Positions 24,645 through 37,300 of a DNA stretch of 64,000 nt are shown in pieces. The DNA is from Ramazzottius varieornatus (taxonomy: Eukaryota; Animalia; Tardigrada): the NCBI GenBank assembly GCA_001949185.1, contig BDGG01000001.1, forward strand, positions 1,858,478 to 1,922,477. Reading direction: 5' to 3'. Numbering within the stretch: position 1 is the first letter of the stretch; the number at the start of each line of letters is the position of its first letter. A program made the position numbers and the translations under genes. Below the pieces are notes generated by a model that was not told the DNA's origin, ran no database searches, and saw only the letters and a list, made by a program, of their open reading frames with translations.

Positions 24645-26977
24645 TCAATTCTCCGGGGTTCTGACCGGAGTCAACTGCAAACAGTTACCCGGATTACTTG
24701 ACAAATCGGTCCCGAAGGCATTGTTCAGGCAGATTTAGCCCAAATTAAGCCTGATGTCCTGTCAACGTCCAAAGTGGTTCTTGTCTCTTACCTTGATCCA
24801 GGGATGAACGTGGGCCTGCAGCGGCGTCATCCGCTTTGATGGCTCCCATTCCAGGCAGCGCTCTATGAAGTCCACGACCATCGGGTTCTTGCAGTGGGCT
24901 AGGACCTTCTTCACTGGTCGACTCTTGGGTGCTTTGATCACCACGTGTCTCGGCTCGGCACCCTCCGGAGCTGGCTCGTCCAGGGTGTGGTGAGCTGTCA
25001 GGGAAAGGCATCGAGGTGATCCATCTGGTAGAAAGTGAGCAGCGAACACCTGGCCTTTGTCTTCACCCTGGCCGACGTTCCTGCACGCCTCCACCATTTT
25101 GGTCGGCGGCAACCCTATCAAAGCAAACCTACATCAAAATTACAGAAAAAGTGGAAGCTCGCCAAGCAAACTCGACCAGATAGTTTTGCCAAGCGGCGCA
25201 CAGTCTCGGTGTTGTTGGGTGGTGACGTGCGCTACTTGGAAAAACATCTTGTCGAACTGTGCCTTAGTCCGAACTAGAGTGCAGGAAATGCATCCCTACC
25301 CGTGTTTCCATTTGGATTTGTTATACGGCTTCCAGGTGGAAGTACGGTTTTATATTCATAATCGGTAGTACCAACTGGACACCATGAAGAAAGTCCAAAT
25401 GGAAACACGGGGTACGGATGCATTCTTTACACTGTACACGTATGATAGAAAATTATGGAACAGTAAACCTTATGGGACAGATCTTTTTGCTACGGCGGTA
25501 CGGAAGCACGCACGTTCACGTTTGATTCAAACTAATATACCATTATACGTGTACTATAACTATTGTATATATACATAACTGCAACTAAGTTACTGTACAC
25601 ACGGTGGGCCTAATTATGGGCATGGACAAACTTCTGAGCAGCGGCCAAAAGCGGCATGGACTAACCAACACTGCCGCTTTCGGCCTGTACTCAAAATCTT
25701 GTCCATGCCCATAATTAGGCTGACCGCGTGTACTGATAAAAAGGACAAACCTAGCGCTTCGATCATGAGAGCCAATAAGGCTTGCTCGCTGTCAGCATAG
25801 AAGAAGGGGAAACCGATTAGAAGTTCCAGCAAGATGCAGCCGTAAGACCACATGTCGGATGCACAGTCGTAGCCCAAACCAAGGACTATTTCAGGAGCTC
25901 GATAGTATCTCGAACCAATGTAGTCGTGAGTCTGTTGTCCCACTCGACAGCTGGTGCCAAAGTCTACCAGCTTGATACCTGTTCTGCCTTCCTGTCTGAA
26001 CATGACGTTTTCCGGTTTCAAGTCACAATGCACGATCTTTTCCTTGTTCAGCACGATCAAGGCCTTTAGGAAAGACTGAGCGATAGCGCGGACTTTCACC
26101 GGTCCCAGCATCTGGTTGGGCAGGTGCTAAAAGAAAAACGGTCAAAACTTAGAATCAGCACGAAGAACTCGCGATCGTCCACACAGCGTGCGCCACTTGG
26201 GGAAAAAACTGCGTAGACAAACTTCCGGGTTGAAGTCACGGTATAGACCGCCCTCCATCCAATCAGGAAACCCATGGTTAAAGCCCGACTAATCAGAATT
26301 GTCAATTCAAAAACTGAAAAGTCCGCCCTATACCATTACTATAGAAAATTGACAGAATTAATCTTCTGAACGAAGCTTCTTACCTTAACGAAATCGTACA
26401 GGTTGAGGTAAAGCCTTTCCAAAACGAGTACCCGATGTCTACGAAACGTAAAGGCATCGATAAGGCGGATGATGTTCCCGTCCGAGTCATCACTTCCGTA
26501 GGTTTCGTTCAAGTGGCGAAGGATATTTTCCTCTTGGGCGGCCAAGAGCTTGCACTTCCGGTCAGCGCGAAAGATCTTCAGGGCGACTTTAGTGTTGGTT
26601 TTGTGGTCGTAGCCTACGTAAACTGCGCTGGAATATCCCTTGCCAAGCAGCTTGACCAACTCGTAACGGTAGGCGATATGGTCGTGGGTGTGGGCTATGT
26701 ACGAACGCGATGTGGTGTCGAAGCCGTGATTGTGCTTTCCCTTCTTGACTTTATCAGCGCCTTCTCCAACGAAGTAGATCTCCGGATAGTCGCTACACTC
26801 TCGCTGCTCGTATGGCGTCAGAATATTCCGATAGTAAAATAACGCCTCTTTTGGAGTGAGGGGCCCCGACGACGAAGAAGCTTTCTTGGTGGTATTTTCG
26901 GTTCCGTTCATCGTCGATGCATCCACCATATTCACCACTGTCTGATCCAGATCATCGATTTCCATCTCGCTGTCCAT
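24645..26977 (-). CDS. Divergent class-2 DYRK (DYRK2/3/4-like) kinase
   Basis: NAPA/DH-box region (LTPYEQRECSDYPEIYFVG…NHGFD…DHIAYRYE), VALK, HCDLKPEN, DFG, YIGSRYYRAPE, DMWSYGCIL, DFIERCLEWEPSKRMTPLQA. Last small exon uncertain. Confidence 0.9.
25279..25434. repeat. About 155-bp hairpin (MITE-like) in a DYRK intron
   Basis: AATGCATCCCTACCCGTGTTTCCATTTGGA is paired with TCCAAATGGAAACACGGGGTACGGATGCATT. Confidence 0.75.
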
Positions 26978-27891
26978 GGCGCCGTGAACGATGTTGACTT
27001 AGTTAATCTCCAATCTCTTATCCACAATTGAGGACGCTCTAAATACTGGAGATGCGGGAGAAACATTCATGGTCAGGGTGAGAAGGCTAATTCAGAATAT
27101 ATATGATAATACAGCCACGATTACCGTATTTGATTCCACAACCACCAGTTGCACTCTCCCTTGTCCCGTCTGCAGATGGTCGCGGCATACAATAGGTCCT
27201 TCTTTCGCCCACGATCACTGGAACTAGCTCGATCCGGAGCGAAGAAATTTCTAGTGAGGCTTCTAGTGGAGAAGCAGCTACAGAAGCACTGTTCGCCAGG
27301 TAAACGCCAGATAAATAAACTTTACCAAGCAAAGTTTTATTTTGGTGGGCAGCAGCGGGTAATCGATCAACCGATCATTCGAAAGAGTCATTGTTGTCGA
27401 AGTGTCGTGTTCGGGACTGATTATCGCAACCTGGTGCAGCGATGGACGGGTGATTACAGACATTAAGTTGCCATCGCCAGATGAAAGTCTCACTGTAGCT
27501 AAGTCTTGAGATGAGTTGCAACGTCACTCATAAGCGCAGCAGCTGATCAGAACTTTGAATAGTTGGGCAGCCACCATGCTTTCCAATGCTAGCCAACCGT
27601 AACTCCGATTATGCTATTTTTCGAAAATAAGGAGAGCTCCGGAAAGCAAACTGTAGCTACACTTCACGAAAGGGGCGGAGCAAGGCCGTAGTTACAGTTG
27701 CAAAGTGAACGGGAGTGACAACTTAATCTCTGTAATATTTACTCAGTGAAAATTATGAAAACGCAGAACGGCTTCGCAACGGTTAAATTTTGTTTTCGGT
27801 GGAACGAATAGCCCAATCTTGTCGTGAGGGTGGAGCCAATTACACCAGCGCTGTAATCCCACCAGCGGTGTGATCAGTCTTTGAAGGCCCT

Positions 27892-28950
27892 TATTAAGTA
27901 CAGCCCAACTTAGGAACGGCAATCACTCAATCAATACCTCTTCAACGAAAAATACCGTTCTCAGTGACGGTCGAACACCGGGTCTCCTGTTCAAAAGGTA
28001 GGATATACGTTCTGATGACAAAGTCTCCCTGTTGCACCGGTGTTTGGCGGGTCGTACATGACAGTCCCGTGATTTTGGATATTAGGCTGAGTAAATCACC
28101 CGTCCGCGGTCCATCGCTGACCTGGTGAATATAGCCCATTGTTTTCCTCCTTCAGAGACTCAGAGTTCGCTCAGTTCAGTGTTGCGACCAGCGATGGACG
28201 GGTGATTTACTCACGAGGAGATTTTTCCAATCCGCCGCCTCTGATGCTCAAACCCACATTCCAGGTGGATAGAGAAGAGTTTCCTCTATCGTCTGAGCCG
28301 AAAACCTCGTCATCATTCCATTCCTGGAATAAACTGGACGGTTCGGAAGTGATCGTCCATTGACCGCTACAGTGCGCCGCGATGACGTGAAGTTTCTTGA
28401 TTGCCTCTTTGATTGACCACNNNNNNNNNNNNNNNNNNNNNNNNNNNNNNNNNNNNNNNNNNNNNNNNNNGTGCTTTCTTAGCACCTTAAGGCGTGTGGT
28501 ACGGTGCAACGTCAACAGTACGGGCGATCAGCTAATCGTTCTGTGGTCAATCAAAGAGGCAATCAAGAAACTTCACGTCATCGCGGCGCACTGTAGCGGT
28601 CAATGGACGATCACTTCCGAACCGTCCAGTTTATTCCAGGAATGGAATGATGATGAGGTTTTCGGCTCAGACGATAGAGGAAACTCTTCTCTATCCACCT
28701 GGAATGTGGGTTTGAGCATCAGAGGCGGCGGATTGGAAAAATCCCCTCGTCAGCCTAATATCCAAAATTACGGGACTGTCATGTACGACCCGCCAAACAT
28801 CGGTGCAACAGGGAGACTTTGTCATCAGAGCGTATATCCTACCTCCACCAAACAGGAGACCCGGTGTTCGAATGTCACTGGGAACGGTATTTTGCATAAA
28901 AGAGATGTTGATCGAGTGATTGCCGTTCTTAAGTTGGATTGTACTTAATA
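27892..28950. mobile_element. About 1-kb foldback element containing an assembly gap
   Basis: Outer arms TATTAAGTACAGCCCAACTTAGGAACGGCAATCACTC / GAGTGATTGCCGTTCTTAAGTTGGATTGTACTTAATA. Inner arms ~28213-28420 vs ~28543-28750 are almost identical. 50 Ns at 28421-28470. Confidence 0.8.
28421..28470. other. Assembly gap (50 N)
   Basis: Run of n characters. Confidence 1.
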
Positions 28951-28958
28951 TAGAAATG

Positions 28959-29136
28959 GCGGAAACTCGTCAGGCACGAGGCGTCAGCCGTCAGGATCAG
29001 GATCAGGATCAGGAAGTTCATTCGGAAAAAACCACAACATTGGCACAGCATCAATGAATTCCTTGCCAACGTTGTCGTTTTTCTGAATGGATTTCTTGAT
29101 CCTGATCCTGACGCCTCGTCCCTGACAGGTTTCCGC
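28959..29136. repeat. About 180-bp hairpin with CAGGAT micro-repeats, adjacent to the foldback element
   Basis: GCGGAAACTCGTCAGGCACGAGGCGTCAG…GATCAGGATCAGGAAGTTCATTCGGAAAAA is paired with TTTTTCTGAATGGATTTCTTGATCCTGATCCTGACGCCTCGTCCCTGACAGGTTTCCGC. Confidence 0.75.
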
Positions 29137-30551
29137 AATCCCTCAAATGTGGCGAAGCCGTTTTGTGTTTTCAGGCCGAGCGAAGCGAGGCCCTTTTAAG
29201 TCTGTCGAGATTTCAATGGACGATCAGATTCTTCGAGCTTTCAAATATCGTAAACACAGTACTGGAAAAAGACACGGCACTTAATCGAGGCGATTACAAA
29301 TTTTTCTGTGGAACCGTACTGTGGGTCGCAAGTACTGTAAAAGTGCTCGCTCTACAATGGTTTGCCTCCTTTGCTCGGCCTTTCCAGTGGTCAGAACCAC
29401 TAGCTAGTGATTAATTCACTGAGTTGATCCACCCGTCCATCGCTGGTTCCGACTTCTTATCGTCCGGAAATCTCTTCGAAAGTTGGAATGCGAATTCGGA
29501 TCCTACTCATTCTAGGGAGTTCCACTTACCATATCTTCTTCTGAGCTCGGGACCTCCTATTGCCATAACCTCAGCTCCATCGCTGCCGTGTAAGTTATAA
29601 CGAAGGCTCGTTGCTTTTCTCTCTGCTGCGTGCGTGCAATCGAGGATGGAGGAACGTTCCAAGAAGGTGACAACGAACGAAGGAATTCTTGGAAAGGCTG
29701 AATTCGAGAAACAATATATCTCCGCTGCAGAAGCGCGTGGACCGAGAGGGCAACCTGGTCAAGAAGATGGTACAGTCAACGTTCACTCTACGAGTTTTCA
29801 ATCGCAATATCTAACCATGGGTTGCAGTTTAGAACCAGGCTCTATCGGAAGCAGAATGGTGCATGGGCGATGTGTCCGCGTCATTCATGGATGGAAGTCT
29901 TGCACTATACGGACGTCCTGAACTGTCGGCGGACACTGTAAGCGAGGATCAGCCATAAGGTAACACCAGAGTAAAAAATCATTATTCTGGAGAAAAACGA
30001 AGCGGCAGAAACTGGCGGATTACGAATGGGAATATAAATACTTTGGAGCGGGTGGATCGAATGTGAAAGAATATCGAAGACTTCGTTACTGTTTCAAGCG
30101 TTCCAAAGATCTCGCTCTTAAAACCCGGCTGGGGTATTTTTATCACGATTACAAGCATTCGTTGAGGAGATGCCTTGACTTGGTGAGCTAGTAGAAATTC
30201 CCATACTGGGATTTTGGCCTGTAATTTGAACCGTGGGTTTAGTTTCGTTATCTGACATATTATTCCTTTCAGGTACCTTTCAGCTTCTTTAAGTTAAAAT
30301 TAAAATTAACTATAGTCACTGTAGTTCGATCTGACGACTTCTTACTTTCTATAATTGGGGACCTTCGGTTCTTCATCTGTAAAACGGCATCGAGAACCAG
30401 GGTTTTTGGCTGTTGCATCTTCGCAAACGCGGAAAAGTTGCTAAGGATAGCGTGAAGAAAGGAATACTTTCTGTTGCAAAACTAGTACGAAAAGTCCAGC
30501 ACGGGGTCCGCTTAACAAGCTTGTAATACTTCGTCGTTTACTTCGGAGGGA

Positions 30552-32878
30552 ATGTCATGGGGCAGCCGGCTGGATCATCGTCGGAAGAGTTCTATCCAAC
30601 TGAACTTCGAATCTTCGGTTAGTACTTCCCTCCGGGTTCTCCTTGGCAGATTTCGGGCGAACTAGGACGTGCTGTTGTCTTCCGTTGTAGTTGTGGCTGC
30701 TCGACATCTTCCAGTGTATGATGTGGACCAATCCCATGCTCGACACCTATCCGCGGAAATTCTAATCGACATCTCGCTGGGCGAACATTCCTTCCAAACC
30801 AACCACGCCTTCCCTTCCGCCAAAGGCGACGTAGTGTTCCATCAGAAGTGGACGCTGTAAGTAAGTACCGCTACATCGCTACTTCCTCCATTGTCAACCC
30901 TCCACAGAGTCTATTACAAACTTCCGTCTCTGTTCTTGATTTCCCCAGGAGGTTAGCGCATATCCAGCATGAGCCCATCTCCCTCAAAGCCATCGACAAG
31001 AAGCTCGGCATGATCGGTTCGCACGACATCCCTCTCGAGACCCTCCGCTTCTATCCCCGCTGGGACATCCACGTTCCCGCCGTTCACTGGACATTCGTCC
31101 CTAAGAGCGACGAGATCGAAGCCAGGCAAGCCGCTAATCGATCCCTCCATATCCACGCTAAGCCATGTGAAGTGGAGATTGTCATCGTCATCAGCAAACA
31201 AGAACGCTTCGTGTCCCTGACTGCACAAGCCACGTGGTGGAAGTGCTGTCGGCGAGCGGCGACAGCTGCGTCGAAGCCGGTGCCCTTCCATCGTACGAGA
31301 AGGTGGATCGTACGGGACATGGTCCTGCAGGAACTCGAGTTTGACTTTGAGGAGGTCCCGCATGAGTGGACCAATGTGGCGGTGTCGGTGCAACCAGCGG
31401 CGGGAACGAGAAGGCTGGGACGATCGAACCCCAATCGACAAGCGTTCTTGAAGCAGCAATCGCGCGGACAAAATGTGGACCTTTTGCTTGACGAGGCTCA
31501 AGTTCAAAATAAACTTTTGGATCCTAACACGGTACGAGGAAATCCTGGAGCGAACTTGTAGCTCGGCAAGATTATTTTCAGTTAGAAAAAAAAAGATTTC
31601 ATTCAGTTCGGTGAATTTTCGAAGGAAATCTCAAACTTGTTATTTTTCTAGATCGGTCAGTCGCTCTTCGACGCGAATACCGGCGGACACGGTAGATCGG
31701 TTCTCACTCCGGAAACGACCATCACGCCCGCCATCGAGTCCGCCACCCAGCGTTTCATCGGGAAAGAACGCTCTCTAACCAAGATCCTCAACGTGGTGGA
31801 AACCACCGAGCTTCGCCCTGTAGGCTTCTCGACGTCCTTATGGAAGAGTCTTCCTAATTTAGCTATCGAGTCAGAAGCGCAGGGAGATCTTCTTAGGGCA
31901 ATAGTCTCAAAACGAACTTCGTACTTCTCCAAGTTGGGCAACAGACCGGTGATCTCCAGCATCATCCCACGGAGAGTTAGCATCAAAGGCGGGACCTTCA
32001 TCACGGTGAACGGGCAGAATTTAGGCAAGAGCAAGGAGGACGTGCTGCAGTTCTTGGTCTGTGGACAAAACTGCCTGGACACAATGGAGTACTTGTCGAT
32101 GAATAAGCTGAGGTGCAGGTCCAAGCCCTTCGTGGAGGGACTAGGGACCGTGGTGGTTGTAACGAGGTCAGGAGGAAGGAGCCACTGTCCGATTACGTTC
32201 GAGTTCTACGATCCGTCGAACCTACAGCATTTGAGAAGACTGCTGGAGGGCCATCAGAATAACAATGACGAGCTGGATGTCGATGAGAGAGTTAAGCTGT
32301 ATGAACTGGCGGTGGAGCAGGAAATTTCACATCTGGTTGCCACCGTCGCCAGTAAGTCACAGTTTCGAAAAACGGACTCTCAATATGTTCGAACTATCGA
32401 AATACCTATGCAGAAATCAACGTTGGGGTGCTAATATCTAGTATGTTCGGAACTTGGTTTCTATCTTGACTACCCAAAGTTATCGAACTGCGTTATTTTC
32501 ATTGGGTAATCTATCTGACGTGTCTTTTCAGGTCTGGAGCAGAATAACCTCGATGTCCGTGACTACTTGGACAACTTGGAGAGACGTTTAGAGAAGGAAG
32601 AGCCCGCGCTCCTGCAGGAACACCGTAACGATCCGGACCTCGCCATTGCGGAACAGCAGTCCTTCAAGCTCCTCGAGACACACTCGAAGGCCACACTGAA
32701 TGTAAGGCAAGCACGCTCAGCGTTTTCTTTACAGTCTACGAGGAAGTCGCTAGATGGTTTGCATCCGGCTTCCCCGACCACTCTATCTCCGAACAACGGA
32801 AACCATTCACTGCTATCAATCAAGTTAGCGCTTAGTAAATTCGTTGTTGGAAAATCAAATTCGAGTCTGAAACCTTAA
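30552..32878 (+). CDS. C2 domain + IPT/TIG domain + FIP-RBD-like protein (Rab11-FIP-like)
   Basis: C2-like VVVVAARHLP…VVFHQKWTL…MIGSHDIPL; IPT similar to the Sec5/EXOC2 N-terminus (PVISSIIPRRVSIKGGTFITVNGQNLGKS…VVVVTRSGGR); C-terminal LEQNNLDVRDYLDNLERRLEKEEPALL. Start uncertain. Confidence 0.65.
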
Positions 32879-33882
32879 TTATCCCCCAAACACAAATATT
32901 CTTTTGACATAAATATTGGGGTTTCTTTTTCAACTCTTGAGAGTATTCTGTTCAAACGCAGTTGGAAGCTTAGTTGCTTCGCCGATATCTCACTCATTTC
33001 TTCCACTAAATCGGCATTTTCCCGCACCAAACGTTCATTCTCCTTGTGCAGCTTCTTGAGGTGTTTCGTGATCTTTTCCAAGTCCGTCAACCCCTTGGAA
33101 CGAAGACAGCTCTATTAATCTTGAGCCAAGAAAGTGGAGACTCTCCATATGAACGGCAAAAAGGTGAGGACTCCAGATTATTTTCTTAAGTGGCGCACTT
33201 CATCGAAGATATTGCGTGGAGACGTGCGCCACGTGGTAAACAATCTGGTATACCAGTTTACAACTGTTGTGGTTACCTGGTCAAGTTCTTGGTGAGCTTC
33301 CATGAGATCGCCTTTCTTATCGTCCCCGAACCTTTCCAGTTTCGACACTGCTTCGGTGACTTCTCTCTCGAACTTCAGCTGGTCCTCTGCCACTTCATCT
33401 TGGACTCTTCTGTCATCAAGTAAGTGCAGTCTTTGCATGACTTTATTGAGCTCGACACCTAAGTTTGCTTTTCTTTCCTCAAGGTCCTGAACGGTGGCGC
33501 GAAGCATCAGGACCTCGCTCTTCCACTGAGCGATGGCGTGGTTCAGGTCCTTCAAAAATCAAAGGGATAAGTTGTACACACAAGTAAAACATTTACTTCC
33601 GGTGAAGTTTCTTGTGCCTACGTTATCCAGTCGGCTGCAAAAATCTTCTTGTTCCTTTCGCATAACTGTCATTTGCTCCTCCGCCAGCTTTAGCCGCTGT
33701 TCCGTCAGTAAGGATTTGGCGCGGCTGTTATGGATGGCGAAGTGTTCGAGCTGATGAAGAGCCGATGTGATATCCGCGGAAACCGCTTCTGTAAGATTAG
33801 ACCCATACTTCAAGTCTGTGTCTTTCAATAATGTACTTATTATAGAACCCAACTGGGAGACTTCGGCAAGCGAAAGAGGCAT
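32875..33882 (-). CDS. Coiled-coil protein with an RBD-like C-terminus, 3 exons
   Basis: Heptad-rich exons (33882-~33623, ~33552-33277, ~33095-32875) ending LRLNRILSRVEKETPIFMSKEYLCLGDN*. Confidence 0.6.
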
Positions 33883-34371
33883 TCTGTTAGAAAGGTAAGC
33901 CTGGCTTCTACGGTTTTTAATGGAATATTTTGAAGTTCCGCACGCATTTCGTGGCTTGTTCCACAGAACGTTGCCGGACATTTCGACGTCTGAAGGTCAC
34001 TGCATCACCTTACCGAGGCTGGCTCGTATCTCGTTGGATTACTGTGGCGGATCGCAGCTAAGCGTCCAATCAGGTACAAGTCTGATAACAAAATATGAAA
34101 CGTTTCAGGCAGTCGCAAAGTCTTCACAGGCAATCCTGGAAGAAAAGTACGAAAGATTTGGCGGTTTTTTTTGTAGTAGAATTTAGGAGGTGTTGCCAAG
34201 GTCGTTTCGCGGACAAACGGAGCGCCTCAAAATTCCAAAAGGTTGAAACTGTTATTATGAACTTTGACCCCATTAGACTTACCATCAGAACAGTTCTAGT
34301 ATTTCCGAAACTTCGGATAAGAATATTGTCCTACATCATTCGAAACGCTTTCCGTTTCCAGGAGTGGGGAA

Positions 34372-37300
34372 ATGACTTTTCCGTTAGGATCAGCGGATTC
34401 TTACTATCAGCAGGTAACTTTCGCGACGGCAAAAATGCTGCCTCTGGGAAACCAAGAGGTTGATTTTACGAATCCATGAGTTTTCTACAGGCTTACCGAT
34501 AACTGTTGATTCTTCTTAGCTGAAAAGAAATGATTTTCACAAACCTCACATCCTTCATTTTGCGAAGAACGAAAAGTTTGTCCGAGCAGAGAAACCTGGA
34601 CCAGGAACCGAAGGTACTACTCGACTGGAACAGATCAAACGCGATGACTCCATCTTCCCTACAGACACTCAAGGGACCGTCAAACCGCAATGGCTCGTCA
34701 TGGACAAAATCATCCTTCGGTTCTACTCTTACTCGCATGAGGTACTATACTTCCTTCCCAGTTTTCATTCCTCAGTTCAGAAACTTTGCAAGATGACTTT
34801 TAGGGTGCAATAGAAGATCGTAAGGAAGAGAAAATGCGTATCCGGTTTTTCGAAATTCAGTTCTTCCTTGAGGATGACACCATTATGATCATGGAACAGC
34901 TGGACAACCGAGCTGAAATGGATACCATGGAAGGTGTGGAAGAATAGCGCAGGAGAAAGTATTCAACGTTGGATAGATCTGTACGAGGTCTTTTTGACAA
35001 CACGAGATGAAGGTGGCTGTTTTGTAGGCAAGCTGTTGAATCGACAACGAGTTCCTCGGCATCTGGACCCAATGCACCACATGACCGCACACGACCTCAA
35101 CGTTCAGAAGCATGTCATTATCTTTGGACGACTTCACTTCATTTACAAGTGTGATCCTTTCACACGGGAGACGTTGACCAAGATGGGAATCGTGGTGCCA
35201 GCGGACGAAGCTGCGCCCTACAGCCAGCACGCTTTGGACTCGGAAGCGGTACATGGAATATCGAAGAACATTTGGGACGTTAGCCAATGGTTCCACCCAG
35301 AATGTCATCTACAGTGGCGGACTTTTTCATTGTTGTCAGCGCAGCGCGTGCGCTACTTGGAAAACTCGGCAGGAGTTTTTCCCAAGTGGCGCACGTTTTT
35401 GTTGTTATTGTCCGAGAACGTGCGCTACTTGAGGAAAACTACATGGTGAATACATTTGCCGACGTCCCATTCTCCTTTAGTAAACTATCGGATGGCTGTT
35501 TGATTGATTTGTTTTTCAGGAGAGACATTTGAATCATCGGTTGCGGCGGTACGTGAGCCTGAACCACCACATGGAGCGGTTCCTCAAGCACGACACGGAA
35601 GTTCTCCGCTTCTTTGCTTACTGGGATGATCGTGAAACCCTGTTCGGCGAACGGCACTTCCTGGTCATTCACTACTTCCTGGCGGATCAGACAACTGAGG
35701 TCCTTCGGAAGACCCGACAAGCTTATGGGAAAGAAAAGCTGGAGTTCTTCCTTCGCAGATGCAAGCTGCCAAAAGTGTTAAGCGAACGTAACTCTGTTCA
35801 GAAGAGAAGCGTGTGTTTACAAATTTGAATTGTCTTGCAGAACACAAAGGACTTGAAGGACGTTGAGCTAGGCGCTCCGTGGCCTGTTCTAAACATCATG
35901 TGCATTAACCCGAAGAGACCGGAAACGTGGCGAGTACTCTTTGACCAAGCTCAGGTATGTCATTCGAAAACAGATCTCGATCAATAGAACTTCGGTTTTT
36001 GTGGTGACGATTTTAGGGAAAGAGTTTTTCTTTGTAGCTCGACAAGCCGACAGAAATGTTCACCGAAGTGGACTTCAAGTGTGGTGAAATGATTAACGTG
36101 CTCGGAAGACCGATCTTCATCTACGACTGTGATGGGTATACTAAATGGTACTACAAAGAAATTTATGGAACCGGTAAGAATACGGAACTTTTGTTTTCGA
36201 ACTGTGTCAAAACGTGCAAGAAAGATAGGCCGAATGGCGGCCAAGAACTTCACTTTAATCGTTTTATCAAGTGGCGAACGCTCCATGCGCACAACAACGA
36301 AAACGTGCGCGACTTGAGTTAACGTCCTGGGTGGAAATCATTTGCCGACGTGGCATTTCTTAGCAATGTCGATTAGTGGTCGACATACCTTCTCGGTTGT
36401 TTGGTGCTAGACATGAAAAGCATAGAAGTGGAGGAGAGGAAACCACCCAAACAGATCGTCAAACCACCCCCATACAATGGATACGGATTCGAAGAAGATT
36501 CTCTTCGGAACGTCGCCATGCTTGTCCCAAAGCCGCCACTTCTGGACGTCAGGAAATATCTATTACTTGACTGGTATGTCCATCTGATCTAAGCGTTTCT
36601 TGCTCCTCCCAAAAGGGCTACTCGTTATTCTGTATAGGGAAAAGGCGGATCCATCGAAGCTCATCTTCCGATTGAAAATGGTGACGGACAAGAAACAGGA
36701 TTCCGAGCGGAATTTTGTCATGTCGTTCTCTCTAAGCGATGACGGAATTTTCGTCTACGAAAAGAACGTCCCTCCAGGTAAAACGCACGCCAAGAGCAGC
36801 TGCCGAGATGTCGATTACATTAGAGGCATTCTCAAAGTTGGACTTCCTGCAGGTGCCACTCCGGGAACATACCGGGGAAACAGAGCGATGAAGAAAATGA
36901 ACGACCCGATAACAGACCAGCCTGTCTACGTCACTGCGGAAGATCTGTATGTTGGAGCAGTGTTTGAGTTCAGCAAACGCACATTCGTCATCACGGAAGT
37001 GGACGACTGCACGGCCAAGTTCTTTGAAAGGTATCCCGACAAGGTAAGCATTCTTTCTTACTCATTTATACAATGGTAGCGAATACCTAATTATTTTGGC
37101 TTACTGTTGGTACTGTAGTTCCCGTTTGCAAGTGCTCCTCACGTCATGGATAAGTTCAAGAGAATGATGCAGACGATATCGGCAGAAAAACGGTTCGATA
37201 TGAAAGAAAAACTGGAAAACTGCGATCCAAGCCACACCGGCTTTACGGACTGGACAACATTCGTGTAAGAACTCAAAAGTTCCATTGTGATCTCAAGTGG

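Noticed and set aside
28207-28948. Mirror-image ORFs WSIKEAIKKLHVIAAHCSGQW… on both strands
   Set aside because: They are a by-product of the inverted repeat and the N gap, with no recognisable protein.
29634-29940. Exon-like segments upstream of the C2 gene
   Set aside because: I could not assemble a consistent frame or link them to a neighbouring gene.
30953-31507. 184-aa minus-strand ORF
   Set aside because: It is the antisense shadow of the C2-domain exon.
31793-32434. Calling this gene EXOC2/Sec5
   Set aside because: Only the IPT domain is similar; it is internal, preceded by C2, and the Sec5 helical body is absent.
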